DNA from: Octopus sinensis | Lineage: Eukaryota | Reading direction: 5' to 3' | Length of the DNA stretch: 64,000 nt | Assembly: GCF_006345805.1 (NCBI RefSeq) | Contig: NC_043010.1 | Coordinates: 17,980,001-18,044,000 of the forward strand | Shown: positions 24,104 to 38,220 of the stretch, piece after piece | Layout of the letters: every line of letters begins with the position of its first letter | Position numbering within the stretch: the first letter of the stretch is position 1 | The notes under the pieces: generated by a model | What the model was told of the DNA's origin: nothing | Seen by the model: the letters and a program-made list of their open reading frames with translations, nothing else | Databases searched by the model: none | Translations under genes and position numbers: made by a program

Positions 24104-25259
24104 TGTGTTTGTGTCTTTGTTAGTGCATTATGTATATAAACAATTGAAGTGTGTAGATATGTGTGTGTGTCTGCAAGAGAGAGTATCTGTATAACGGTTA
24201 ACTGGTTGAGTGTAATGGTGTGAATGTGTACGAATGTAGCTGTGTCTAGCTTTTAATAGTCATCAAATGGCAGCACTGCAGCTATTGTGCCAGTCCGTTT
24301 TCCAGTATGAACTTGCCAGCCACAACCAACCTCCCTCACACCACTACTCTGTAGCAGAGTGGACGGACCACAATTAGTGGTGCAAGTTTAATATGGAGAG
24401 ACAGGATGGAAAACACACCGAGTCACATTAAGTTGGAAGTTGTACATATTAATGGATTTTGCTTGTGGAGTTGGAATCTTTTTTAGCTGTAGGCTAGCCT
24501 TGATCATTTAATCAAAAACCTTCCAACCATGCCCATCCCACATTTTTCCAATGTGTCGTGAACCCAAGACCCTCATCACCTAGTGTGTCCATTTCGAAGA
24601 TGGTGGGGCTTGATTTAAGGGCGACTTGGCTGTTATTTCTAGCAAATTGATTGAATATATTGATAGTCATTATTGTTGTTTAACCCTGGGTCAGTGCTGA
24701 TTGTGTAGACCCATCATCACTGATACTCCAACTTTGATAATCCTTGCATTATCCAATACTTATTTTGTTCTTTAGATGAGTGTGTGTTATTTGGATGCTA
24801 TATCTTCTAGTTTGAGTAATCACACACAGTCTCCCTTGTTGGTTTATAGTGGAGGTGATGGTGGTGTTGTGTTGTCCTATGGCATGTAAGTAGTTGGCCA
24901 AACAACAAGCTATGACCCACAGATCTATATTCCGAGTTATACCTGAGTCAGGCTAAGGACCCAGCTAGACTCTTTGAGACATGCAATGATAAATTATACA
25001 AGGTACAGTAAGACACTTTGGACATGCTACACTCTCCCCTTTTATCTGTCTACTTTCTGTATTCCTGCCAATTCTGGTTGTGGTGCCCCGTGTATTGACA
25101 GGCAAAGCAGATTCAGTCGGAATGCAACAACTGCTCTTTCTGTGCCCCTTGTTTTGGTTTTTGTATACCTCAGCAGTTTGGGGGATCACTAAGATTACAG
25201 TTATTACAATTATTTCTGTGTCTCTCTTTGTCAGGGTTGAGTAAGAGAGAGAGAGATGT

Positions 25260-25428
25260 AGCTGGCAGAAACGCAAATTCCGCCGAGGTCGACTTTGCCT
25301 TTCATCCTTTCTAGGTCAATAAATTAAGTACCAGTAACGCACTGAGGTCGATGTAATCGACTTAATCCGTTTGTCTGTCCTTGTTTGTCCTCTCTGTGTT
25401 TAGCCCCTTGTGGGTAGTAAAGAAATAG
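25260..25428 (+). mobile_element. SINE family B, internally deleted
   Basis: gctggcagaaacg joined directly to caaattccgccgaggtcgactttgcc...tagtaaagaaataggt. Confidence 0.8.
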
Positions 25429-25439
25429 GTACTGTAGTC

Positions 25440-25930
25440 ATGCTTTAGGCTATTAAATATGTCTGGTATTTAAATATATATCTGGGAATTTGGAAGTGGT
25501 TTTTTTTTCTCAATGTAGTGACAGGAACCGGAGAGGGTGAAGTTTGTTATGACAGCAGTGTTGGTTTCACGTCCAGTTTGTCTTCCATTTTACGTATTTT
25601 CATTGTGTTTTGGATGTGGTTTACGGAGCTGATCTGTGTAGAACCTGTGAGACGAAGCATCATGCACTGTCTCGTGTCCTTTGTATTTTTTGTGGTTTAT
25701 AATGGAGAGATTAGGGGCCCAGGTAGGACTGGTATAGTCCAGGAAGGATCAAACATATTGTTTGTATTATTGCTTCTTTCTGTTGGCCAAATGTAGGGAC
25801 TTAGAATTGCTCCTTTAAGAAGTATGTCTCCTATTTAGCTTCCTTTCATATGTCCCCTTATGTAGCAGGGTTGTATGTAAGTCTTAGCGTTGTTGTCTTC
25901 TGTTTGCTTTTGTCATTGGTGCCGCTAATG
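25440..25930 (-). mobile_element. Highly degenerate Penelope-like element, GIY-YIG/C-terminal region
   Basis: Minus-strand remnants such as LTYNPA, YQSYLG and a terminal KPTL resemble the PLE linker and endonuclease; many stops, recognised by eye only. Confidence 0.4.
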
Positions 25931-27259
25931 CTCTTACTCTTTTTGCATTAGTGTTGTTATTATTGTACTGTTTTCGCTGTGCTGTTGCTGTTGTTGTGCT
26001 ATTGGTGTTGGTGGTGTTATTTAACAGCAGATTAACCCAGTTGCATCAGGCCTATTATCAACCGATGTCCCTGCTGCGTTCCAGCTCATTTTTTATTCAG
26101 ACGTTTCTATCCTTTGATGTTTGTTTTTTTTATAGCTTTGGATATTATTTGATGTAAATTTGGCTGATATTTCTAGCAGATCAATGAAACTGCAAACAGA
26201 CTCATTCACTTGCTGGTGGGATGGAGGGATCGGGGTAGGAAGGGTGTTGTTGATGTTGCAGTTAGTATCCGTGTTGTTACTGCTAATGTTCTTAATCATT
26301 GATTTTTTTTATTGTTATTAAATAGTAATAGTGGTGGTGGTGGTGGTGGTGGTGGTGGTAGTAGTGTTTACTTCGGCCAACCTATATCTCCACCACCTTT
26401 ATTGCCATCGTTCTGTAATCCTAGCTAAGTGTATTAATACATTCTGCTGCAGTAAACACTACAACAACAACAGCAGCAACAACCATCTTTTCACACCTCT
26501 CTCTTTCTCTCTCTCCCTCTTCCCCCTCTTTCCCTCTTGCTCTCCCTTTCCGTCTCTCTCTCTTTTACACACACACACACACACACATGTCAGCAGAAGT
26601 GATTGAAAACAGCGAGCACATAGGTAACCGTGATGGATTTGACTAAAATGTGGTGTGGTTTCCCCATCTCCAAATGCTGTCCTCTAACCCCTGTCTGCCG
26701 GTGTGTCTCACAATTGAGGAGCGTCTACACATGGACAATTTCCAAAGTGAATATTCTTCAATTATTATTAATATTTATTATTGTTGTTCTTGTTCTTGTA
26801 ATGAGGATGAATTTTCTTTTACACTTTTCTTTAACACTGAAAAAAAAAAAAGACCCAAAAATATTCCAGGTTGTCCCTGCTTATATTATACAAATGGTCC
26901 CCTTTTTTTTGAAGATGCTAACATGTGGTTTGAAAGGTTTTTCAATTGCTGTTTCTACAAGGTCAAATAACCAGGTGAAGGCTTGCCTATTGGTAGGGCA
27001 GTATGTGATGGTGGTGGTGGTGGTGAGGTTGGAGTGTGGCAATGTGGTGGGGCTGGTCTGTAGCCCCAATTCATTGATAAAGCAAACATATACTACATAT
27101 GTGGTGGCAGCAACCATAGGTCTAATATACACATCCACTCTATACATACATGTATACATATGTGTGTGTGTGTGTGTGTGTGAGTACATGCGCATATGCG
27201 TGCACACACACACATTTATATATATTATATATAGATATATATATAATATATATATATAT

Positions 27260-27305
<46 letters not shown>

Positions 27306-28842
27306 TTAAGTCCAGGGGTTGATTTGTTCGACTAGATAGCGGTGCTCCAGCATGGCTGGAGTCAAATGACTGAAGCAAGTAAAAGAGAATATGATCAATG
27401 ATTTACTGTGCTCAAGAAAACACGTCTATCTAAACAAAAATGTGGCCCTACTCAGTGTTATTTCATACCACTTTATTTTCCACTGAATGCTCCTTTTCTC
27501 ACCTATGCCCTTTCATTTTGCCAATGGCAGCCCTCCCTCATTACCACTGTTTTGTCTCCCACTATTTCCACCTGTCTGTACTTCTGTTTTTGTCCCTGGC
27601 ACTGCACATCTCTCTTACCCCTACCCCACACACTTTACATCATCTGTGCTGCCACCTATCACCTCCCTGACCCACTCCCTCCTCCTCTACCTCCCCCTCC
27701 AATTGACATTCACGATTGGCCATGCTTCCATCCATGCTCACCATTCACTGCATTCCCTTTTGGCCATCTCCCAATCTTCGTTCACACTCCCATGAGTTTA
27801 CTTCCCCACCCACTACCCCTGCCCAATCCTCTCTCTCACTTCTCACATTCCTGAACTTAAGGATACACCTTCACACATCCTCACCACCCTTCTCTTTCTC
27901 TTTTCCAACGTGGTTACCCATGTAGCTCCCCTACAGCAAGATAGCTGTGCCCATCTGTCTCTGTCATACTTTAACCTCTTATCACTTGGCATAAAGCTGC
28001 ACCCCTTAATACTGCTCAGTTGAGGGGTTTTGTCTTCCAAGCTACTAGTATATACACACACACGTGTTAGCCTTCTAATAGTTACAGTTTTTACAAGGGA
28101 GATAATCATTTTCTTTCAGTATAAAAGAAATTTGAAGTGGAAATTAAGCAATTATAAGGAAAAGGTACATAGAATTCACATAGACATCTATTTTTTACTT
28201 AGTAAAATGTTCTTAATATTTCTAGTTGTTGGCAATCATGTACAACACTATTTCATTCTTTTTAGAAATCTTCAGCTTAATATAACCTGAAATGTTTTAT
28301 GAAATGAGACATTTTATTTCAGATGGAAATAATTACAGTTTGAAGTAAATTCATGAAATTTTTCATCTGTTTATTTGGAAGAATGTTAGTAGATTAGAAA
28401 TTGAAAGAATAGATAGGAAGTTCTTTGTGTTAACATACAGAGTAATAACTGTTTCCCTTGTGAAAATGTCTCAGGCAATAATTTTAGTTTTTGCTACAAA
28501 CAACATCACAAGTTCTTTTTAATGCATTCTTTAAAGCGTAGACAACATAAGTCTCAAGATGTTATTTTGTAGTGATGTTCCATTGTGTACAGTAGAACAG
28601 ACTTTATCTGTTCACAAGTACAAAAGCCTTGACCGTCAGAAACAGTTTCAAGCAGTTTTTCCCAAATCACAACTGAAAATTTCCAAACATGTAATCCCGC
28701 TCACTGTTACAGCTATTATACGTGGGCAGTAATTATCTCATCATAGTTCGAAACAAGATTAGCATTCATACATATGTATATATATATAGAGAGAGAGAAA
28801 GAGAGAGAGAGAGGGAGGGAAGAGAATGGTATAGATGCTCAA

Positions 28843-29078
28843 GGCGGCGAGCTGGCAGAATCGTTAGCACGCCGGGCGAAATGCTCAGCGGTATTTTGTC
28901 AGCCGCAACATTCTCAGTTCAAATTCCGCCGAGGTCGGCTTTGCCTTTCATCCTTTCGGGGTCGATAAATTAAGTACCAGTTATGCACTGGGGTCGATGT
29001 AATCAACTGAATCCGTTTGTCTGTCCTTGTTTGTCCTCTCTGTGTTTAGCCCCTTGTGGGTAGTAAAGAAATAGGTAT
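28843..29078 (+). mobile_element. SINE family B, full length
   Basis: ggcggcgagctggcagaatcgttagcacgccgggcg...gttcaaattccgccgagg...gggtagtaaagaaataggtat. Confidence 0.9.
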
Positions 29079-29542
29079 AGGTGCATGTATGTATCATTTC
29101 ATATTTAAATGATATTCATCTCTCACTGGATGAAGTTCTTTGTTTTTGTTGATACTACCTAAAACAGTACAGTAAACTATGCATGCATATATATATATAT
29201 ATATATATGTATGTATATATATATAAAATTAAATAAGGGTAGAAATTGATATTAATCAATTAAAACCAGTGGCTTAGCATATTTTTAAAAATCTGAAGAT
29301 TAAAAATTGTTTTACATACAAAATTTAAAGGACTGACCACTAAAAGTGTAAAAATAAGCAAGACACATGAAAATATACGAAATAAAAAACAATTACCTAT
29401 GTTCCAATTGGTTTCACTTGTTAATATTTGGTTTTTTGCTGAGATTTTTCTTGAGAACACATTCTTTATGGTAAATGGCGATTTGATGTCTATGTTTAGC
29501 ATATAGGCTGTCCACTTTTAGTGGTCAGTCCTCTAAATTTTG

Positions 29543-29612
<70 letters not shown>

Positions 29613-30430
29613 GTGTGTGTGTGTATATATATATATGTGTGTGTGTGTGTGTATAAAAAAGGATGCAGAATTTACATATTTAAGTTATTTTGTTTACTTA
29701 ATGCAATATATATATATATTCCTTGCAATACCTTAAGTTTCATTACAACTTTCTAATCCTGCATCACACAAAGACAAAATGATTGCCTCCCTTGTAATAA
29801 CTGTTACCATTAAAAAGGATGACATATTTCTGTGTGTAGATAAATATTTGTATATATACTCCAATGTATGTGTGCATATACACACACATCAATTAACATT
29901 TATTTTCCATGCTGACATGTGTTGGTTGGTTTGAAAGGATCCAACAAGTTCCAGAACAGCCATCCCTCCCCACTTTCTGATCTATCCACAGATGTATGAC
30001 ACAGCTGTTCTCTACACCTCCTGTGCCCCTGCTTGTCACCTCTGCCTTCCTGGACCACTTCTATCCCCCTCGCCTCCCCCTTTCATGCGGATATTTCCCA
30101 CCAACCACACTCCCACCCTTATTCATCACTCACTATATCCACCTCTGACCCTCTGTCATTCTCCTCCAACCTACTTATCAAACTACCCACTCTTTCTTTC
30201 CTTCCTGTTTTCCTGTCTCTACTTTCTCGCACACTTGCTTTCTTATATACTCTGGGACCCAGCAGAGGAAATATTAACTTACTTGGAAACAGGTGAAGAT
30301 TGGTGACAGAAAGAGCATCCACCTCAACAAAGTACGTTTGCCCCAATGCAAGCATGGAAACTGGCAGCACTGGATGTTAAATTATGAAGATAACTTATGA
30401 TGATTTTGTGTGTGTGTGTGTGTGTGTGTA

Positions 30431-30960
30431 TCATCATCATCATCATCGTTTAACGTCAGTTTTCCATGCCAGCATGGGTTGGACGGTTCGACCGCGGTCT
30501 GGGAAGCCAGGAGGCTGCACCAGGCTCCAGTCTGATCTGGCAATGTTTCTACAGCTGGATGCCCTTCCTAATGCCAACCACTCCGTGAGTGAAGTGGGTG
30601 CTTTTTACATGCCACCAGCACAGGGGCCAGGGTAAGCTGGCAGTGGCCACAAACAGTTGGTGCTTTTTACGTGCCACTGGCATCGGCCATGTAACGGATG
30701 GTGCTTTTTACGTGCCACCAGCTCAGGTGCCAGGGTAGGCTGGCAACAGCCACGAATGGTTGGTGCTTTTTACATGCCACTGGCACAGAAGCCAGTCAAG
30801 AGTGCTGGCATCGGCCACATACGGATGGTGCTTTTTAGGTGCCAGGGTAGGCTGGCAAAGGCCATGAACGGTTGGTGCTTTTTACATGCCACTGGCACGG
30901 AAGCCAGTCACAGCGGCACTGGCATCGGCCACGTACAGATGGGGCTTTTTACATGCCACC
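30431..30960 (-). mobile_element. Family D element with a modular array of seven ggtgctttttacRtgcca-type motifs
   Basis: (CAT)n tail at 30431; motif starts at 30597, 30659, 30700, 30762, 30827, 30874 and about 30942. Confidence 0.85.
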
Positions 30961-31845
30961 ATATAAATATATATATACACACACACACACTAGCAAATGC
31001 ACCCATCCTTTGGATGGTTTAAGTTGCTCTGGTGGTATTTTTTTCACCAAATAATTGGAATACCGAGAAGGTTTGTGAGTAACATGGCAATCTATGTTTC
31101 CGATTGACCTAGGAACAGAAAACCAAATTGAAGGCTGGTTATTGTGGAAGTAGTTTCACTTTAATGAACATAGAACATATAAGTTTGCAAGCGATGCAAA
31201 GTAGAGCTGCTGAAGTGTTTTGGGAGTAGATTATGGATAAAGACTACAAAATATAGTTGTTTTGCATGAAAGCGAAATATCTTGTCAGAAACAGCCACAT
31301 AAATGGTGTAAGAAAATTGAAGGAAGACATTGAAACTTCCCCTCTGCAAGTTTATGTTTTTTTAACAGCAAAGGGAGCTTTTTTTTTTTTTTTTTATCGG
31401 AGAGTTAAGCTAACAAAAGCCCTTTTATTCTGTCTTCCCACATAGCGTGCACATAAACTAACAGTGAATGCTGCATAAAGTTAAATTGGTATGGAGATAT
31501 CTGAAAAACATGTACAGCTTTTGCTAGTGGAAGCAAAACTCTTATTTAAAGGCTGATTCTTTAGGATGAATCATATGTGGTTATTTAAAAAAGGCTAGAA
31601 TGACAATACTAAAATGTATTTGAAACAACGGACAACAGTCGAAACATCATATTGGATGGGTAAATAAGCATCCTTAAAGTGAAACATCGAATTGGCAGGT
31701 AAACAAAGGTATCAACATATAGAAGAGAGGGAAGGGAACATCACCTTTCAAGTAACTCAGAATAGGTAATGGTAAGCTTGCCAAAGTTTAAACCAGTTTA
31801 AATATGGAGATTAAGATTGTTTGGTATTGGATATTCACCCCGTAT

Positions 31846-32345
31846 AGTGTTCCTAGTCAATTTAATCACCGTCGCAGGTGGACAGTCGAAATAAATAAAT
31901 AGACAAAATCCTTTCACTTTTATAAAAAGATTTTAAAAGTATGGAAGACCCTACATACAAAAAAAAACTGTGTCCATTTAGGTCCATTTACTTGGGAGCT
32001 CTGGGCAAAATGTTTAGTGCATGACCATCCTTGGGACATAAGTAATGTGTGTGTGTAAAGTTTGGTGAAAATTGGTTGAGAATTGTGGAAATGTATGCTT
32101 TCAGTGTTCCTAGTCATTTTAATCACCATTGATGGTGGACAGTGGAAATAAATAAATAGACAAAATCCTTTCACTTTTATAAAAAGAAATTAAAGTATGG
32201 AAGACCCTACATACAAAAAACCATGTCTATTTATGTGGGAGCTCTGGGCAAAATGTTATAGTGCACAACCATTCTTGAGACACAAATAATGTGTGTGTAA
32301 AGTTTGGTGAAAATCAGTTGAAAATTGTGGAAATGTATGTGTTAG
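31846..32345. repeat. Tandem duplication of a 257-bp unit (Helitron/Helentron-like internal sequence)
   Basis: agtgttcctagtca at 31846 and 32103; both copies contain gtgtgtaaagtttggtgaaaat..gttga.aattgtggaaatgtatg. Confidence 0.85.
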
Positions 32346-34096
32346 TCATTATATACACACATACTGTGATTTATATGTACTAAATGTATGGGGTAGGCAT
32401 AGCTCTGTGGTTCAGAAGTTAACTTTGCAGTCTTTAGGTTCTGTCCCATTGTGTGGCACCTTGAGTAAGTATCTTCTGGCCTCAGGCTGACCAAACCTTT
32501 CTGAGTGAGTTTAGTGGATGGAAACTAAGGGAAGCCCATTATGTGTGTGTGTGAGAGAGAGAGAAAGAGAGAGGAAGGGTATCTTCTTGTTTTGATATTC
32601 ATGTAACAGTTGTAAATGATTGTCACTGTCATACAAGCATTGGCATTCATTGCCAGTATTCTGCCAGAGCATGTCTGGTCTTTGGGAAAATAATGCTGTG
32701 CTTGAAAACTGGTGGGAGTTAGCAACAGGAAGGGCATCTGACTGTAGAAAATCTGCCACAACAAACTCTGTCCAACCCATACAAGCATGGGAAAATGGAC
32801 ATAAAAACAATGATATTGATGAGACACACACACACACATACATATATAGTGTATATACACACCCATGAATGTGTGTGTGTTAGTTGCTGTCTTTATCTTT
32901 TACAGGATTACCTATCATTACTAAGTCTACACTGCGAGATGCAGGCAAAATTTAATGAACGAAACCAGATTATTACTGTCATTGTGTGTTTGTGTGTGTG
33001 TATGTGTGTGTGATAGAAAATGACTCAAAATTTGGTCTGCATCCTTTTGTTTTCTCTCATCTGCATCTCATCATAGGGTGACAGGTAATCCTATAAAAGA
33101 TAAAAAAAAAAAAAACAAGTAATGCTTACACAAATACGTACATATGCATGGATACACACACACACAGAACTCTTTTTTCTTACTCTGTTTCTCAACTTTA
33201 ACCCCCGATAATCATCAGATTGTTCTGCTTTTCCACTGTTTTACTAATCTTCTTTATCCAGCAGCTGTTTGAAGCAGTTTTACTGACTCTACAGTTTTAT
33301 CACATATCCTTGAAGAAGTACATATTTTCAACACACACACACACACATGTATTATATGTATGTATATGCATATGGTATGTACATGTGTATCTGTTTGTAT
33401 ATATATATATATATATATAAGATTGGAGCCTGGTGCAGCCATCTGGTTCACCAGTCCTCAGTCAAATCGTCCAACCCATGCTAGAATGGTAAGCGGACGT
33501 TAAACAATGATGGTGATGATGATATATATATATATAATGTCCATTATATGCAGTAGAAGCTGTATTAGATTAAAATAGCCACGTATGTATCATACTTAAT
33601 GTAAATACATTGCAAAAAAAAAAAGCAACTTTATTGCTGTATTCATCTGGAGATCATATATTGAAAGGAGATGAAAACCTTCCCTGCAGTGGCAAGTGCA
33701 AATGCTAGATGCATTTCTGCCTTGTTGGGCTTTCATATTTTGCTTTTGACTATTTTGTGTATTTCAAGTGTTTTGGGTTTTTTTCCCCCATTCTTCAGTT
33801 TTGCTTCAATACTGGAATGTTTTTATGAATAATGTTGTATGTTTCCTTATTTCGTGTGTGTGTATGTGTGTGGTGGGGTGGAATGCTTGTGTATTGTGCT
33901 TTAAAATAGAATATTTGTTTTATTTGAATTATTTTTGTCCTTCTTAATTCTTTAATGTATATTGCTTTGACCCATCCATTATCAATTAATCTTTTTGTGT
34001 AGTATCCTCCAAGTAGTATTTGATTTATTTCTTGGAGTCTTTTATTCTGAGTTTCAAAATTCAAAATATTTGTGTTTATGCTTCTTACTATGTTAA

Positions 34097-34316
34097 CCCT
34101 TTCGTAACCAACCCAGCTGAAACTGGTACTGGTTCTGAATATAAATATTTTGTTTTCATAAGTTTTGAATTAAAATCTCCCACCAAACGTTAGTCATAAT
34201 TCATGTTCCTAACATTAGCTTAATGATAACTAAATTATTTTACTAAATTCTTTGTTATATTTAAAGTATTTGAAAGAAACACAGAGCATCTCAAAATAAA
34301 TACAGTAGCAAAAGGG
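34097..34316. mobile_element. piggyBac-like MITE (220 bp)
   Basis: TTAA|CCCTTTCGT...GCAAAAGGG|TTAA: TTAA target duplication and CCC/GGG ends. Confidence 0.85.
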
Positions 34317-34347
34317 TTAAAATATATTATAGAGAAACAATTCTTAA

Positions 34348-34558
34348 CCCTTTCGTTACAAATCCGGCTCTGGCTCTGTAGTACAAATGCCTTGTTTTCA
34401 AAAGTTCTGAATTAAAATCTTCCACCGAACCTTATTCACAATTTAAGTTCCTAACATTAGCTTAATGATAACTAAATTATTTTACTAAATTCTTTGTTAT
34501 ATTTAAATTAGTTGAAAGAAACACAGACCATCTCAAAATAAATACAGTAATGAAAGGG
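34348..34558. mobile_element. piggyBac-like MITE (211 bp), sister of 34097 in the same orientation
   Basis: TTAA|CCCTTTCGTTAC...GTAATGAAAGGG|TTAA. Confidence 0.85.
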
Positions 34559-35789
34559 TTAAATCAAAAATTAATTTTAGTATATTTTGGGTGTTAAGAA
34601 GTAAATAGTGTGTATTGTTAACATTAGCATCTGTCAGTTTCTAGCGAATCTCAGTTTATTAAAATATCCAAGAGGTGGTGGGTGCTGAATGTATTCCACT
34701 GGGATTTGTATGTTGTTGTTTGTGTTATGAAGTAGGGTTTTGAAATCCTTAGTTGGTCAGCACTATGGGTTCACAAAATGAGGCAGTCAGCCAAATAATG
34801 TCTCCAATTTTCTAACTGATATTTATGGAAGCTGATGCCATACTTTAATGCAGATTGTTCATATATTTGAATGGTTTTCAGAATGGCTTTCAGTTGTATA
34901 TCAAAGTTACTGAGATTGTGTTCCAAAGATGCAGCCCTGTAGACTTAGTCTTAATTCAAAATCATCAACATGTGGCCTGTTTATACACACTGAAGTGGAT
35001 TCTTTACAGGCGTTAGATATTGTTTGGCTTTTGTGATTATTAGACTCCCATATTTATGATTTTTTTTTCATTCAAAGTTCATTAGAAAGTTGTTTTCTAG
35101 TTTGTTAAACTTTTTCAGTGTAGATGAATGACGTTCCTAACTTTTTCTCCATTTTTGAGAGAAGTTGACAAAAAAAGCCAAACGCACTATCCTCAACTCA
35201 GTTTCCTATGGCCATGAATGCAATGACCAAAACAGTATGATTGAATACAAGTGGCCAAAATGGAATCCCTCCTAAGGATCTGTGGAAGAACATTACTTGA
35301 CTGGGTGTATAACCCAGAGATTAGGAATCTTTCCAGGTCAAGCTTCAGCCATAGTGCTGGTACTGCAGACATGTGATTAGAATGTTGCTAAAAAGAATTG
35401 CAAGACAGATTCTTCAAGCCAAGTCAACTGGCAGGAGACCTTTGGATAGACCAAGAATGAGATCATCATTATCATCATCATCATTTAACATCCATTTACC
35501 ATGCTGGCATGGGTTGGGTAATATCAATAGTCTGAGTTGGTCACAGCTGGAGAGCCTAATAATGATTGCTTCTGATAGGACTGTATAAAGGAGGTGCCTG
35601 AGGACTCTACTTCCATGACCCTCCTAAGAATAATGGAAAAAGATGATGGATGGATGGTGGATAATTATTTACTATTTTATAAGGAATCACCTCTTATATT
35701 AGGGATGTATCTAACTTGCCATATTATGAAGAACCACTCTCTAAATCCAAATCAGTCAGTACTCAAACAGAATGGGAATATTTCCAGGA

Positions 35790-36226
35790 ACACAAAATTA
35801 ATGACATCATCAGCGTTGCCTTGGTTACCAGCGTCTCCTTAATGGCACTCGAGCCCTATGCTAGTAGGGTATTAAGAGCACCATCTGAGCATGATTGTTG
35901 CCAGAGCGGCTATCTGGCCTCCGTGCCAGTGGCATGTAAAAGACACCATTCAAGCATGACCGTTACCAGCATTGCCTTACTGGCACCTGTGCCAGTGACA
36001 TGTGTAAAAGATTCGAGCAAGGTCGTTCCCAGTACCGCCTGACTGGCACGTAAAAGCACCCACTACACTCTCGGAGTGGTTGGCGTTAGGAAGGGTATCC
36101 AACTGTAGAAACTCTGCCAGATCAAGATTGAAGCCTGGTGCAGCCATCTGGTTCGCCAGCCCTCAGTCATTCATCCAACCCATGCCAGCATGGAAAGCGG
36201 ATGTTAAATGATGATGATGATGATGA
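35790..36226 (+). mobile_element. Family D element
   Basis: Same modules as 20202; (GAT)n tail. Confidence 0.8.
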
Positions 36227-37865
36227 TCAAAGAAGCAGTTAAGAGATATGATGTTGTCATTATTGATGTATTGAGTACTACAAAAATACCATGTTCTTTC
36301 TAGAAGACCCACCTGTTATGAAAAATTTAACAATTCCCAACCAAATTTTATTTTAACTGATGGCAATTTGAGTGATAATCTCTGAAAAAAAAAAGGAGCA
36401 AATTTTTTGACTCCAGTCATCGTTGAGACAAACATATCATTGTTCCAGTTGCCTTCATCTTTTTGAAAGTTATGAAATTGTGGAATCGGTTAAGTATTTG
36501 TTAATGAATGGTTTTTAAAGTCTCCAAGTGTATTTTAAGCTTTTTTTCTTCTCTTCATAATTCTACATGTGTGAAAAAAAAAACTTATTTTTTTTGTGTT
36601 AATAAATATGAGATAGATTTGGGTAAAAGAAAAACAGGAAGATCAGTTAATTATGATTTTCTTCAACATATTCCCCTCTCAGATTCACTCATTTATTGCA
36701 GCAGTCCTTCGGTTTTCCTAAACCCTGTGAAAGAACTCGGAAGGTTGGGTCTCCAATCAGGCCTTTCATCATACCCTTAAAGACAGAAACTTCTCAGCTC
36801 ACCCACCTCATACATATTGATGTACATAGCAATTAATATAAACTTGTTACCAATTCAAATATGCTTGAGGCTTATTCGAATTCATAAGAAAGCCATCCAC
36901 TGTATTTTGTTGTGGAGAAAATTTCCTGCTGCAGATAAATAGGTGTAAATATATTTTCAAAGGAGAGTATTATATATATATATATATATATCTGTTTATG
37001 TTTAGGTGTGTGTGTGTGTATCTGAGTATTATAACTTGATTATAATCCAGCCCCCAAATGAACCTTATTAATCTCTGTACCATCATTAGTTGAGGGTTAG
37101 GATTAATGAAATCTTTTCTCACCTGACCCTGTCCTACCCATAGACTAATCTCTCTCTACCCCCCCTCTCTCTCTCTCTCTACTACCCTTTCAGTTTATTT
37201 CTTTAGAAACTGTGACACACTAAAGTGTTGTCAGTCCCTGTTATACTTTACTCAGTTGGGACATCGTCTATCTCAGTGAAGTCACACTCTACCTTCACTC
37301 ATTTAGGACTACATATACCTCAATAAGGCCTCACTCTACTTTCATTTACTAAGGACAACACACACCTCATTAAGGCCTCACTGTATCTTGGATAAATAAT
37401 AACTGCAGCCATGAACAATTCTAAGCAAGTTAAACATCACAAACAATTTGACTGTCTTTTGGAGTGTCACAAACTGTTGTTTCACTTTTTGAAGGTAGGA
37501 AATGTCTGTATGTATATGTAACCATGTGTGTGTGTGTATCCTTGCCCCTTTGTTTAGTACATTACTGTAAATACATTTCCAGATACCTACTGATTAATGG
37601 CAAAGCACTCCCGTCCAATACATTTTATCTTTCCTTCACTGACACCCACAGAAAGCTACTATTCTCTGGCCTTTTTTAATATTCCTCATCTCATCAAGAG
37701 CTCTTGTATCATTTCATTAGAAAGCCTATTTGTAAGCCATGTTCCCTTCAACTGTTCCAAATGACCAACTCACATTGAAATCCCTCAAATTCTTGGTATT
37801 GCAATCAACAATGAACTTCCATGGCCACCTCTATCTATATCATGACCATCTGCAATACTCTTGTG

Positions 37866-38220
37866 CCGGGTTTCTCAACCTTTTTACCCTTGTGTAATCC
37901 TTAAAATAAATTCCCTGTCTCAAAGAACCCCGGCACAAAATAAATTATACACTATGTCTTTCTCATGCTTTTTCCATCATAATTCATGTGGTAAATATTA
38001 TATCATATCATGTGTGTATGTGTGTGTGTGGTTGTTATATATATTTTTTTTTGATAACCTAATAGGTTACAGAGGATGATGCCTATATAACAATATTACA
38101 ATAACCAATAATATTACGATCATGAAATTAGCATTAGCTTATCTCACTCTTTCTTGCGGAACCCTTAGGAACCTTTTGCAGAATTCTAGGGTTTTGGGGA
38201 ATCCCGGTTGAGAAACACTT
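37866..38220. mobile_element. hAT-like MITE
   Basis: Termini ccgggtttctcaacc / ggttgagaaacactt; flanks ctcttgtg / ccctagtg match at 6 of 8 positions (decayed 8-bp TSD). Confidence 0.6.

Larger units (their letters stand above)
33700..35130 (-). mobile_element. Degenerate Penelope-like retroelement RT region, interrupted by two MITEs
   Basis: WRHYLADCLIL at 34775-34806 (PLE W.RYLDDCFI motif) and RLQEINQILLGGYYTKRLIDNG...IKELRRTK (ORF 33795-34064), collinear on the minus strand. Confidence 0.6.

Noticed and set aside
26590-26630. Possible non-coding first exon ending catag|gtaacc
   Set aside because: Only a moderate donor-like site; no independent support.
30597-30960. CRISPR-like repeat/spacer appearance
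   Set aside because: Eukaryotic context, no cas genes, irregular spacing, spacers related to each other, and the array lies inside a dispersed retroposon.
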